Source: an uncultured Balneolaceae bacterium (GTDB lineage: Bacteria > Bacteroidota > Rhodothermia > Balneolales > Balneolaceae). From it: DNA of 64,000 nt. The stretch lies in assembly GCA_913057825.1 (NCBI GenBank), contig CAJXOW010000007.1:906-64905 (forward strand). The letters are read 5' to 3'. The notes below the pieces were generated by a model, which ran no database searches, was not told the DNA's origin, and saw nothing but the letters and a program-made list of their open reading frames with translations. Positions within the stretch are counted from its first letter, which is position 1. Every line of letters begins with the position of its first letter. Made by a program: the position numbers and the translations under genes. Below, piece after piece: positions 1 to 9,689 of the stretch.

Positions 1-1
1 G

Positions 2-178
2 ATACTGTTTTTCATTTTTACATTACTCTGGGTCGGTTACCTGAATAACCAATACGATCAAAATAACCGTACTCTGAACGTATTCGGTCAACAGTTAACA
101 TTGGGAGAAGAAGAACATGAATCCCACTCAGAATCTGAAGGGCATGAAACAGAGGAAGAATCCCAAGAGAACGAATAA
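2..178 (+). CDS. 3' end of a hypothetical protein (hydrophobic segment, then an acidic E/S/H-rich tail); 5' end lies outside the window
   Basis: Open frame from the window edge to TAA at 176-178. Translation is ILFFIFTLLWVGYLNNQYDQ...EEEHESHSESEGHETEEESQENE. No family recognised. Confidence 0.3.
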   Translation: MLFFIFTLLWVGYLNNQYDQNNRTLNVFGQQLTLGEEEHESHSESEGHETEEESQENE

Positions 179-193
179 ACATACCGGGTCCAG

Positions 194-703
194 ATGAATA
201 AAAATGAACGACTTGTTTTTACGGCCGTTCTTTTTATTATAGCTGCGCTGACTTCGATCGATATATACAACGACTATTTCGAGGGAATGGCTACATGGCA
301 TATATGGATTGAAGCCATCGTAGCTATAATTGCCTTAATTGGTATTTTTTATCTGGTAAGAAGTTATTTCAGATTGCAGCAAAACCTCGAAAAAGAACAA
401 TTGAATTCGAGGGAACACCGGAAAGAGGCCCGAAAATGGAGGAAAGTATCCAAGACCTACCTTGAGGGTTTGAGTGTTGAAATAGATAAGCAATTAGAGC
501 ACTGGTCATTAACCCAAGCTGAAAAAGACGTTGCCTTCCTTTTATTAAAAGGTCTGAGTATCAAGGAAATATCAAATATCAGAAATACAAGTGAAAAAAC
601 GGTCCGCACCCAAACCAGTGCGATATATTCAAAATCCGGACTTTCCGGTCGATCCGAACTCTCTGCCTTTTTCCTTGAAGACTTGCTGCCGCCCAATTGT
701 TAG
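194..703 (+). CDS. Membrane-anchored LuxR/GerE-family HTH transcriptional regulator
   Basis: Two N-terminal hydrophobic helices. The C-terminus LTQAEKDVAFLLLKGLSIKEISNIRNTSEKTVRTQTSAIYSKSGLSGRSELSAFF is a typical GerE/LuxR HTH. Confidence 0.8.
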   Translation: MNKNERLVFTAVLFIIAALTSIDIYNDYFEGMATWHIWIEAIVAIIALIGIFYLVRSYFRLQQNLEKEQLNSREHRKEARKWRKVSKTYLEGLSVEIDKQLEHWSLTQAEKDVAFLLLKGLSIKEISNIRNTSEKTVRTQTSAIYSKSGLSGRSELSAFFLEDLLPPNC

Positions 704-710
704 GTCAGTA

Positions 711-839
711 AAAGGATTAGACCTGTCGGATCCATCGGGACATGACATCGTTCAAACGCTTGTCAACCAATTAAATGCCTCTATGAAAGTAACCGTGGAA
801 GAGGGGATCCTCTTTGAGATAACGATAGGCAAGAAATAG
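711..839 (+). pseudogene. Probable 3' fragment of a sensor histidine kinase (end of the HATPase_c domain)
   Basis: Translation KGLDLSDPSGHDIVQTLVNQLNASMKVTVEEGILFEITIGKK fits the usual kinase C-terminal pattern (G-x-x-IV-x-x-LV-x-QL-x-x-x-x-V-x-x-EEG-x-x-F-x-I-x-I). The upstream part of the same frame is not kinase-like and overlaps the LuxR gene. Confidence 0.3.
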
Positions 840-1529
840 GATTCATTTCTTATAACAATACCCCCGAGAACCGATATCCTGCGTTAAGATAACAATGCTG
901 AATGTTCAAGGGCTCAACTTTCCTGATATAAGTGTATCTTGATCGCTTTCTAACTTGACTTTGCACCGATTTATTTATACCTATTACATAGGAATATTAA
1001 GTAATCAAGTATCAAAATATTTAATATCTCTTATTCTTCTTATTAAGGTTCCAATAAGCGAACCTATTTTTCAATGGATAGAGACAGCAACAAGCGTTCT
1101 TTTTTTTATTTCTTGATGTAACCTACACATAGTTATTCAAACAAGTTAATTTCGTTGTTTGAATAATCTTAAGAGGGGGAAAGACCTGACGGTTAAACGG
1201 TTATCCGGTGTTTAATCCCTTATCGAACATACTCCTTCAGCACAGGGGGCAACTGTGAGAAAACAGATGGGCATTTTCGACGACCCAGCGAAAATGCCTA
1301 AAAATTTTCCTGAAATTCAATGGACCCTTAATGAATGCACCCATTGGAATCACACCAAGGTAATATTAAACGTCCTGTATTCAGCTGAAGTTGGTTTGTC
1401 ACCCTATGGATTGTATGTTTCGTTTAAAACGATTCAATAATTTATTGTGATATGACCAATCCCTTTTACTAAATCAATTAACTCAACTACTTAATTAGTC
1501 TAAATCAACAACTACATAAGAGGAACATT

Positions 1530-4500
1530 ATGCTAAAATCGCTACAAAAGTTTCTACTCGTGGCGGGTACGGTCCTTCTTACGGCCAGCACAAGTTCTGT
1601 GTTCGCACAGCTGCCCCAGGCCGGCGGACCTTACACGCCCGACTCGAATACCGTTATCCTGATGCACTTCGACGGCGCCGATAGTCTTGCTATCGAAGCC
1701 GGTGACAACATTTCTCATCCCCCCACCGCCATTCCGTATTCGGAAGACGGCGGACTTACCCTGCCGGATACCAGTGTCTCGGCAGAATTTGGTGGATCCC
1801 TATACCTGCATAACGATACCTCCGGCAGCAAGGGAGAAGGAGCACTCTATAATTTCCTGGGCATTTCTCACTTTGAAGGTGGCCAGTATCCCGTTCCGCA
1901 TGAGCAAAACGAAAGCGATGGAGTACATTACGAAGCACAATCCATCGAAGGTGACATGACGGTTGAATACTGGTTCAGAATTGAGGAGCCCAATGTTTAC
2001 GGCTATCATACCGTCATCAATAAAGCGGGTAATGAGCACGCTGACTGGAATAACGGCGAAGTTGATCCCTTCCACTGGCAGTTCTGGCATTATAACTATA
2101 ATTTACAACTGCCGAATGACGGAACCTTTCAAGCAGATTGGGCCAACCCCGCTCAGAACTTAATTGAGCTTAGATCTGAAACACCTGTCTGGGAATCTGA
2201 CAAATGGTATCATCACGTGATGATTAAAGATACCAGCGCCCGACAGAAGATTGATCTGGTTCTTGACCGCAACAAAAATTTAATACACTCGGAATTCACG
2301 ACCTTTCCCGCATCGCATACCAAGTCCGACACCATTATTCACAATGACATAATTGTCGGAGCCAATCCGCACTATACGATCGGGGACAACAATTATCCCT
2401 CGGATCCGCTTGGAGATGCCTCTGCAGTGGGGAATCGATTCTATCGTGAATTTTATGGTAACCTGGACGAACTGCGCATAAGCAATACCGCCCGTCACTA
2501 CCAGGATCTCCTGGTCGGTAACCTTTACACGCTTCAGGGCGATGAAGTAGAGAAACCGGAAGTTGTTTCCAACCGGAAAGACAGCCTGCGTTTCGCCCTT
2601 TCCTTTGCAGGCTATGGTAATCCTGACTCCTCGCGAACGGTTACCTTCCATTATAACACGGGCTCGGGTTACCAGGATACCACCCTTAATCAAGTGGGTG
2701 AGCATCGGCATGAAATCATGGTGGAGAATTTTGCCGCCGGTAACACGATTAATTACTACTTTACCGGATCCATTGGAGGTACCCAAGTGGCCTCGTATCC
2801 CGAAGGAGCTTCCGATGGGCTGAATAATCTCAGCTTTTTTGTTGACTTTCCCCCGGAACGCGCTTTAAAACTCAGCTTCGAGGAAGGGGAACAAGCCGGA
2901 GCCATCTACGACAGTTCCGGATATGACCAGGATGTAACCATTGTCGGCGACACCTCCTACAATAACTTTGGATTCGATGGTACCTGGTCATACGAAATCA
3001 ACCAGAACAATCAACTGGCGCTTATTAACACCCCGTCCGTGGCCTCCTATGATATCTCGGTCGATATGTGGTTCCGCGCCAATGAAATGCCGAGCAACCG
3101 GGCGCGACTGATTGCCAAAGAGGGTATGAATGATTCCTCAATGGTCAATTATTCCATTTATTTCGAAGATGGAGCTCTCCGCGGACATGCTTCCGGAGCG
3201 GGAACGGTTGAACTCGATACCTCCATTACTTCAGAAACCTGGTACCGGGTCCTTTACATGATCAACCAAAACGCGCATTCGATCCAGCTATGGAACTCCG
3301 ACGGCGAATTGATCGCCTACGACGTGGAGTCTACCAATGGACAACCGCTGCGTGATGATGGTCCCTTATATATCGGACAGGGTAACTTCTATCCTGACAG
3401 TGCTTTCAACGGACTGGTTGACGGGGTGGAAATTCACACCTATGCCGCAAAAACAGGACCTTTCCTGGTTAAGAACACCACCCAGCTGATCTCCGAATCC
3501 GATACGCTGGCTGAATATCCGGTGGAAGCGGTGGTTCACAACTCCGGTTCCGGACAGATCAATAGCCGTCTACATTATCGAGGCGGATTTGGATGGACGT
3601 TCCAGAATATGAACCTGGAGAATGAAAGTACGGGACTATATACCCACGCGATCACCCAGCAGGACGCACAAACGATCGTGCCCTACTACTTCACCTTCAA
3701 TAATAGTCGATACAGCGAAGAAGTACCGGAAGGAGCCGGTCAAAGCGACGATTCCACCAACTACACGGTTGCTGTTTACGAAACCTATTCCAAGGTGCTG
3801 GATATCGACTTTGAACAAATGGAGAACGGCTTGCCGGTCGACAATTCGACGTACAGCGAATTCAACGACCTGGCATATCGTGTAGAAGGCGGACAGGCGC
3901 CTACTTATATCAATGACGCCGCCCAGGGTAATCGTGCAATGAACATTCAGCGCCAGGACAGCAGCTACCTGACGGTAGACTCGAAATTCCTGAGCACCGA
4001 TGAATTAACAATCTCAATGTGGGTCAAACCCACCGACTTCGATCCGGAATATGTCAGCAACAGTACTTTCTCCTACTGGCAGGCGATTCTGTTCCTGACC
4101 AAGTACAAGCCGAACTCCTGGCAAGTCGACAATATCTACGAGCTCGGATTCAACAACGAGCCCGAAAGCGGCGAACCGAACACCATTCGGGCCCGCGTAG
4201 ATGCTGAAGGGGGCGATACCTATGACGTAATAGACATGGACTCCACCGTAACTACAGGAAACTGGTATCGCATTGTCACGGAATACAACCGAAATGATAC
4301 CACCTTTACCCACCTGTATAACAGCGACGGTGAGCTCATTGAAGAAGTCGGTGCAAACACCGAAGGCTTCGGTCCCATGCTTAAAGCAGAGACCCCACTT
4401 ACAATCGGAGCTTACAACTTCGATGCTGCTTCGATATACGGTGGGAATATGTACTCCGGCTACATCGATGATGTTCAAATCTACAACTATGCGGCCACCA

Positions 4501-5831
4501 CGAAGCCGCCGCAGGTCTCAAATGTAACCAGTGTCGACTCGGCCTTTACCGGCTCGGCCGTCACGATCAATGCCGATGTTCGACGCAACGGCATGGAGGA
4601 GGTCTACCTGGTAACACGAACCGTCAAATCAAGTGGTACGACGGCCTGGGATTCGACCAAGATGGAAGTCAATTATACCGATGTTACCTACAGTGCCGAC
4701 ATTCCTTCGAGAGAACCCGGATCCGTGGTCGAATACTGGATCGGAACCCAGAACGACTTCGGCGTAACTACCACTTCCGAGGCTAAACGGGTACCCTTCT
4801 ATATGGAAGATCAAACCACGGAAACGCTGGTACTCGACTTTGAAAGTGGAAGCGGACAAGTCGTAGATCATTCCGGTTACAACTGGACCATTAAGCGTGC
4901 CGGTAAGCTGGCCAGTTCGCCTACATTCACGCGAGATGCCATTAAAGGTAAGTACGCTCTCGCATTTGAGGCGGCCGATTCCACTTACCTCAAAATTGAC
5001 GCCCCGTATCCGTTCTTGAACCACCAGACATTTACCGTCGACCTGTGGGTCAAGTCGCATACCGAAAACAACACCAATGTTCGATTGCTCGGCAAACCCG
5101 GGACCGATGTCTTCGACCTTTCCTGGTGGCAGCAAAACTTCGAGATGAAGGGCATTGGCGGCGGAAGCTGGACGCTCGGCGGTTTCTTGTCGGACACTTC
5201 CATTAGTGAATTCGGCAACCGGTTCATTGCCAATCACATTGGAGATTCCACGAACTTTGGAAGCGAGCAAGTCAAAACACAGCTCGAAGACAGCACGTGG
5301 TATCATGTCCGATATGTACAGGACATCGAGAATGACAGCGTACATGCTGCGATTACCACAGCCGACGGACAAACCGTGGTTCAAACCTCGATGGAAATTC
5401 CGGGCACCCAGAACATGGCCCCGGTCTTCACCCACGGTGCGCTGCAAATCGGTCACTCCGGTCCTGCAAATGAGCCTTACTTTGACGGCGTGATTGACCA
5501 CGTCACCATTTCACGAACTATTCCGGAAGCTCTTCGAGCTCCGGCCGGACCGGGTCAGGACTTGCCGGACAAATTCAGTCTCGGCGACAACTATCCGAAT
5601 CCGTTCAACCCAACGACCACTATCAATTATGCACTTCCAAAGAGTACCGACGTGACTCTCAAAGTGTATAACTTGTTGGGTCGAGAAGTTGCCACGCTTG
5701 TCAACAGCAAACAAAAAGCAGGGCGTCATCAGCTTAAGTTTGACGCCAGCGACCTGGCAAGCGGTGTCTACTTCTATCGAATCAGCACACCTGAATTCAA
5801 CAAGGTGCGCAAGATGATGCTTATCAAATAA
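1530..5831 (+). CDS. Very large secreted LamG/concanavalin-A-like multi-domain protein with a T9SS C-terminal sorting domain
   Basis: N-terminal signal peptide (LLVAGTVLLTASTSSVFAQ). Repeated LamG-type endings (DELRISNTAR, DGVEIHTYA, IDDVQIYNYA, DGVIDHVTISR). C-terminal tail NYPNPFNPTTTINYALPKSTDVTLKVYNLLGREVATLV...GVYFYRI. Confidence 0.85.
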   Translation: MLKSLQKFLLVAGTVLLTASTSSVFAQLPQAGGPYTPDSNTVILMHFDGADSLAIEAGDNISHPPTAIPYSEDGGLTLPDTSVSAEFGGSLYLHNDTSGSKGEGALYNFLGISHFEGGQYPVPHEQNESDGVHYEAQSIEGDMTVEYWFRIEEPNVYGYHTVINKAGNEHADWNNGEVDPFHWQFWHYNYNLQLPNDGTFQADWANPAQNLIELRSETPVWESDKWYHHVMIKDTSARQKIDLVLDRNKNLIHSEFTTFPASHTKSDTIIHNDIIVGANPHYTIGDNNYPSDPLGDASAVGNRFYREFYGNLDELRISNTARHYQDLLVGNLYTLQGDEVEKPEVVSNRKDSLRFALSFAGYGNPDSSRTVTFHYNTGSGYQDTTLNQVGEHRHEIMVENFAAGNTINYYFTGSIGGTQVASYPEGASDGLNNLSFFVDFPPERALKLSFEEGEQAGAIYDSSGYDQDVTIVGDTSYNNFGFDGTWSYEINQNNQLALINTPSVASYDISVDMWFRANEMPSNRARLIAKEGMNDSSMVNYSIYFEDGALRGHASGAGTVELDTSITSETWYRVLYMINQNAHSIQLWNSDGELIAYDVESTNGQPLRDDGPLYIGQGNFYPDSAFNGLVDGVEIHTYAAKTGPFLVKNTTQLISESDTLAEYPVEAVVHNSGSGQINSRLHYRGGFGWTFQNMNLENESTGLYTHAITQQDAQTIVPYYFTFNNSRYSEEVPEGAGQSDDSTNYTVAVYETYSKVLDIDFEQMENGLPVDNSTYSEFNDLAYRVEGGQAPTYINDAAQGNRAMNIQRQDSSYLTVDSKFLSTDELTISMWVKPTDFDPEYVSNSTFSYWQAILFLTKYKPNSWQVDNIYELGFNNEPESGEPNTIRARVDAEGGDTYDVIDMDSTVTTGNWYRIVTEYNRNDTTFTHLYNSDGELIEEVGANTEGFGPMLKAETPLTIGAYNFDAASIYGGNMYSGYIDDVQIYNYAATTKPPQVSNVTSVDSAFTGSAVTINADVRRNGMEEVYLVTRTVKSSGTTAWDSTKMEVNYTDVTYSADIPSREPGSVVEYWIGTQNDFGVTTTSEAKRVPFYMEDQTTETLVLDFESGSGQVVDHSGYNWTIKRAGKLASSPTFTRDAIKGKYALAFEAADSTYLKIDAPYPFLNHQTFTVDLWVKSHTENNTNVRLLGKPGTDVFDLSWWQQNFEMKGIGGGSWTLGGFLSDTSISEFGNRFIANHIGDSTNFGSEQVKTQLEDSTWYHVRYVQDIENDSVHAAITTADGQTVVQTSMEIPGTQNMAPVFTHGALQIGHSGPANEPYFDGVIDHVTISRTIPEALRAPAGPGQDLPDKFSLGDNYPNPFNPTTTINYALPKSTDVTLKVYNLLGREVATLVNSKQKAGRHQLKFDASDLASGVYFYRISTPEFNKVRKMMLIK

Positions 5832-5863
5832 CCGTAGGGCATCATCTCGATTTGAGTTATTGG

Positions 5864-5900
5864 AAGCTCCTTCTGCCGAGAGGCAGGAGGAGCTTTTTTT
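5864..5900 (+). terminator. Rho-independent terminator of the 1433-aa LamG gene
   Basis: 14-bp stem AAGCTCCTTCTGCC / GGCAGGAGGAGCTT with loop GAGA, followed by a T7 run, about 30 nt after the stop codon. Confidence 0.75.
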
Positions 5901-6044
5901 ATATGGGCTCCAAGCATATGTAAAAGCTGCTCTGCGATCAGCCTTCACAGCTCGAGGCTGGAAGCTTATTCCGGTTGGCCTTTTAAGTTGTGTATATGGA
6001 TGTTTTTGGGAGGGCAAATAGTATTTCTAGGAAGGTTGGAGTAT

Positions 6045-6098
6045 AACCGGAACTTTGAGGCACCGTTTCAGATTGGTGCCTCAAAGTTCCGGTTTTTT
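6045..6098 (+). terminator. Perfect 20-bp hairpin with a T-tract (terminator-like, or an unoccupied palindrome)
   Basis: AACCGGAACTTTGAGGCACC, a 10-nt loop, GGTGCCTCAAAGTTCCGGTT, then TTTT. The T-tract is on the + strand only. Confidence 0.55.
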
Positions 6099-6199
6099 AG
6101 ATTATCAGCTTCACCATTTATGATTAAGATCTCACATATAATACACTCGGCTTATCACCTTAATTGCGTGGAGCCTGGAGCTTGGAGCCCCTTATTCAA

Positions 6200-7621
6200 T
6201 TAAGCATTAGTAAATGAAAGTTCCTCGAGTGTTTTGCCTTTGGTTTCGGCGACGAATGCCTTGACTACAAAGAAGGCGATGAATCCGAAGGCGGAGTAGA
6301 TAAAATAGGAAGCTCCCAGTCCGATACTTTCGAGCATCAAGGGGAAGGTCATCGTAATGGTAAAATTGGACAACCAGTGGATGAGTCCGCAGACAGCCAG
6401 CGCAGCTCCCCGGAATTTGTTCGGAAAAATCTCACCCAGCATGACCCACATAACCGGTCCCCAGGTAAAGGCAAAAAAGGCCACAAACGTATTAGCCAGA
6501 ATAAGGGAAAGTACCGCCTGCGTCTGAGTCAGATCCAGCGCACCCTCCGGCGTCAATCCGGCCGTGGTAAACACGATGGCCAACAATCCCAGCGAAATGG
6601 CAGTTCCCAGCGAACCTATAAGTAAAAGCGGTCGTCGACCGATCCGGTCGATCAAATAGATCGCTACGAAGGTGAACAACAGATTTATGGTCCCGCTCAA
6701 TATATTAGTCAGCAGTGCACTGGCCTCCGCAAACCCGGCTGCCTTCCAGAGTACTGATCCATAGTAGAACACAATATTAATACCGGTGAACTGCTGCAGA
6801 ATGGCCAGACCAATACCCACCCAAACAATGGGATAGAGTTTACCGGTTTTATGACTTATAATATCCCGAAGTCGAGGCTTGCGTTCTTCTTCCAGTGTCT
6901 CCTTGATTTCAGCGATCTTTTCATCGGCCGAGCGACCCGGCGTCAGGCTCTGCAGCACCGACCGGGCTTCGTCCGTTTCGCCCGCGGCAACCAGGTAGCG
7001 GGGAGATTCCGGAATGAAAAACAAAAACAGAAGAAACAAGCCGGCCGGGAGCATCTCCATCCAGAACATCCATTGCCAGGCCTGGAACCCGAACCAGTAG
7101 GCGGCCGAAGCTCCATCGGCATAGGTAGCGATGAAATAATTGCTTATAAACGAAGCCAGCAAACCGATTACAATCATCAACTGCTGCAAGGTCGTTAACT
7201 TGCCGCGAATTTCGTGCGGAGCAATTTCACTGATGTAAGCCGGTGCCAACACACTGGCCGCCCCGACGGCGAGCCCACCGAGAATTCGAAAGACCACAAA
7301 CTCCGGGGAACTACCCGCGATACCCGATCCCCAGGCACTGATCAAAAATGCAATTGCCGTACCGATCAACACTTTTTTACGACCCAGTTTATCTGCCAGG
7401 GTCCCGGCAAAAAAGGCACCGGCTGCACAACCGAGCAGCATCGATGCCACATTGAATCCCGTACCTACTTCGTCGGAATTAAAGGCCAACTGCAGTGCTT
7501 CGACGGTTCCGTTAATTACCCCACTGTCATATCCAAATAGAAACCCCCCTATGGCAGCGACGAATGATAAAAATATCACTCTTTTTGTATTATACTCTGG
7601 ACCCTGACTTGTTGAATTCAT
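6200..7621 (-). CDS. MFS sugar porter family transporter (sugar:H+ symporter)
   Basis: 473 aa with about 12 TM segments. Contains GRKKVL, PESPRYL and ETKGKTLEE signature motifs of the sugar porter family. Confidence 0.85.
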   Translation of the reverse strand: MNSTSQGPEYNTKRVIFLSFVAAIGGFLFGYDSGVINGTVEALQLAFNSDEVGTGFNVASMLLGCAAGAFFAGTLADKLGRKKVLIGTAIAFLISAWGSGIAGSSPEFVVFRILGGLAVGAASVLAPAYISEIAPHEIRGKLTTLQQLMIVIGLLASFISNYFIATYADGASAAYWFGFQAWQWMFWMEMLPAGLFLLFLFFIPESPRYLVAAGETDEARSVLQSLTPGRSADEKIAEIKETLEEERKPRLRDIISHKTGKLYPIVWVGIGLAILQQFTGINIVFYYGSVLWKAAGFAEASALLTNILSGTINLLFTFVAIYLIDRIGRRPLLLIGSLGTAISLGLLAIVFTTAGLTPEGALDLTQTQAVLSLILANTFVAFFAFTWGPVMWVMLGEIFPNKFRGAALAVCGLIHWLSNFTITMTFPLMLESIGLGASYFIYSAFGFIAFFVVKAFVAETKGKTLEELSFTNA

Positions 7622-7834
7622 ATTACTTTGCTTTTATTAAATTTTGTTTCAGCCGGCTTCGTTGTTAAAACTTCATCTTTCAATAAAGAAAATAATTTTT
7701 GAATATAGAAAGGCAACGCACGATATAGTGATATTTTTATTAGAATATCCGGATTTAAATGAACATAACCTCTTATATGCAGGATCAATGGGTTTTTTAT
7801 TTTATATTTAACCGTGTAACCACTGACTAAAAAA

Positions 7835-8161
7835 TTGAACACTATGAACCACGAAGAAATACGTACAGGCAACGAACTCATCAAAGAATTTATGGGAAGC
7901 ACCATTCATATCGAACAAAAGGATGTGAAAGATATCCCCCTGGCTTTCCTGGCCGTTGAAGATTTAAAATTTCATCTATCATGGAAATGGTTGATGCCTG
8001 TGGTTGTCAAGATCGAGGAGGAAATGGACGGCAGCGTATTGATCGAAGGGAATTATTGCCGGATAAAGGTCGATGAAGACACCGTATTTGAAAACGAGTC
8101 CGACACCAAGCTGGAAGCCGTATGGCGTACCCTGGTGGAATTCCTGGAATCCAGATCCTGA
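7835..8161 (+). CDS. Hypothetical protein
   Basis: 108-aa ORF in an otherwise empty spacer. No recognisable motif. Confidence 0.4.
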   Translation: MNTMNHEEIRTGNELIKEFMGSTIHIEQKDVKDIPLAFLAVEDLKFHLSWKWLMPVVVKIEEEMDGSVLIEGNYCRIKVDEDTVFENESDTKLEAVWRTLVEFLESRS

Positions 8162-8207
8162 TTTAATTTCGCATAACCGACACCCCACTAACTAACTTCA
8201 TTAATTA

Positions 8208-9329
8208 ATGCAAAAATTCTCGATCGTCTCTCTACTTCTCATAACAATGTTGCCTTATCTATCGGTAGCAGCAAATGGGTCTCCGGGCCAACCATCACCA
8301 AAAGAGCCGGTTAAAATTGGCATTGCCCGTCTTACTCACGGTCATATTCACGGTTTTTTCTCGCGCTTCGAGGGACGATCGGACCTGGAGCTCGTGGGGA
8401 TCCATGAACCGGATACCGCCCTGGCCCGCCGCATCGCAAAGCGTTATGATCTTGACTCCACCTTGTTCTACACCGACCTGCATCGGATGATCGAGGAGGA
8501 AAACCCGGCGGGCATCGCCATCTTTTCAAATACTTTCGAGCATAAATCACTCGTCGAAACCATTGCGTCGGCCGGCGTAGACATCATGCTTGAAAAACCC
8601 CTGGCGGTTAGCATGGAACATGCCCGAGCCATGCAGAAAGCCGTCCGTGAAAATAACGTTCACCTCATCGTTAATTACGAAACAAGCTGGTATGCCAGCA
8701 ACCGGTTCATTCATCAGCAGGTTGTGGCGCAAAACAAGATTGGGAACATACGCAAGATGGTAGTCCGCTCCGGACACCGCGGACCTAAAGAAATCGGGGT
8801 AACCGATCCCTTCCTTTCCTGGTTAACCGATCCCAAATTGAACGGTGGCGGTGCGCTAACTGATTTTGGCTGCTATGGCGCCAACCTGATGACCTGGTTG
8901 ATGGGCAATCAACGTCCAATAACGGTTACTGCCCTTACCCAGCAGTTAAAGGATGATCCCGTATATGCAAAAGTAGACGATGAAGCGACGATTATCCTGG
9001 AATATCCTCATGCCCAGGGTATCATCCAGGCCTCCTGGAACTGGCCGTATTCAAGAAAGGATATGGAAGTATATGGGACCAACGGGATGATGCTGGCTCC
9101 AGACCACAATAGTGTGGAATTTCGCTATGATGGACAACAACGAATCGCCAAAGAGGTCTCGGTCCAATCCGATCGATTTGACCATTACCTTTCCTATTTC
9201 AGCGCCATTCTGCGGGACAGGGTCGAACCAAAGGGATTATCCTCCCTTGAAAACAATATGATCGTCACCGAGATTCTTGATGCCGCGCGAAAATCCGCAA
9301 GAACCGGCAAGTCCGTATCCCTTGAATAA
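8208..9329 (+). CDS. Secreted Gfo/Idh/MocA-family oxidoreductase
   Basis: Signal peptide, then an N-terminal Rossmann region (VKIGIARLTHGH...) and an EKP motif (DIMLEKPLA) typical of Gfo/Idh/MocA. Confidence 0.75.
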   Translation: MQKFSIVSLLLITMLPYLSVAANGSPGQPSPKEPVKIGIARLTHGHIHGFFSRFEGRSDLELVGIHEPDTALARRIAKRYDLDSTLFYTDLHRMIEEENPAGIAIFSNTFEHKSLVETIASAGVDIMLEKPLAVSMEHARAMQKAVRENNVHLIVNYETSWYASNRFIHQQVVAQNKIGNIRKMVVRSGHRGPKEIGVTDPFLSWLTDPKLNGGGALTDFGCYGANLMTWLMGNQRPITVTALTQQLKDDPVYAKVDDEATIILEYPHAQGIIQASWNWPYSRKDMEVYGTNGMMLAPDHNSVEFRYDGQQRIAKEVSVQSDRFDHYLSYFSAILRDRVEPKGLSSLENNMIVTEILDAARKSARTGKSVSLE

Positions 9330-9689
9330 ACGGAATAGAACCCTGCATCCTGATTGTTTATGTATTCTGATAGATAAATTTGCGTTGGGGATAAACATTG
9401 ATGCCGGGTTCAACGTCGGCGCAGCAAGCGAAAAGATACCCATCGAAACCGCTTGGTCATGGCAACACTCAGTTCTACAAGAAGCACTATCCCGCTATGA
9501 TAGAGAAGAGCCACTGTTAAAACCATTTTAAAAATTAATACTTCCCACATAATACTTTTATTAAATTTTGGAACTTATCAAATATAAATATTATTGAAGC
9601 GAAATGCTCACCATCTATTAAATATTTTCAGCTATCCTATCATGGAATTGACCAAAATTTTAAATTGAGGGGGGCACAGGATATGTTTA

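Noticed and set aside
1255-1440. 61-aa ORF upstream of the giant LamG gene and 71-aa ORF at 5988-6203.
   Set aside because: They are short, have non-protein-like composition and lie in leader or terminator regions. The second runs through the 20-bp hairpin and the heptad tract.
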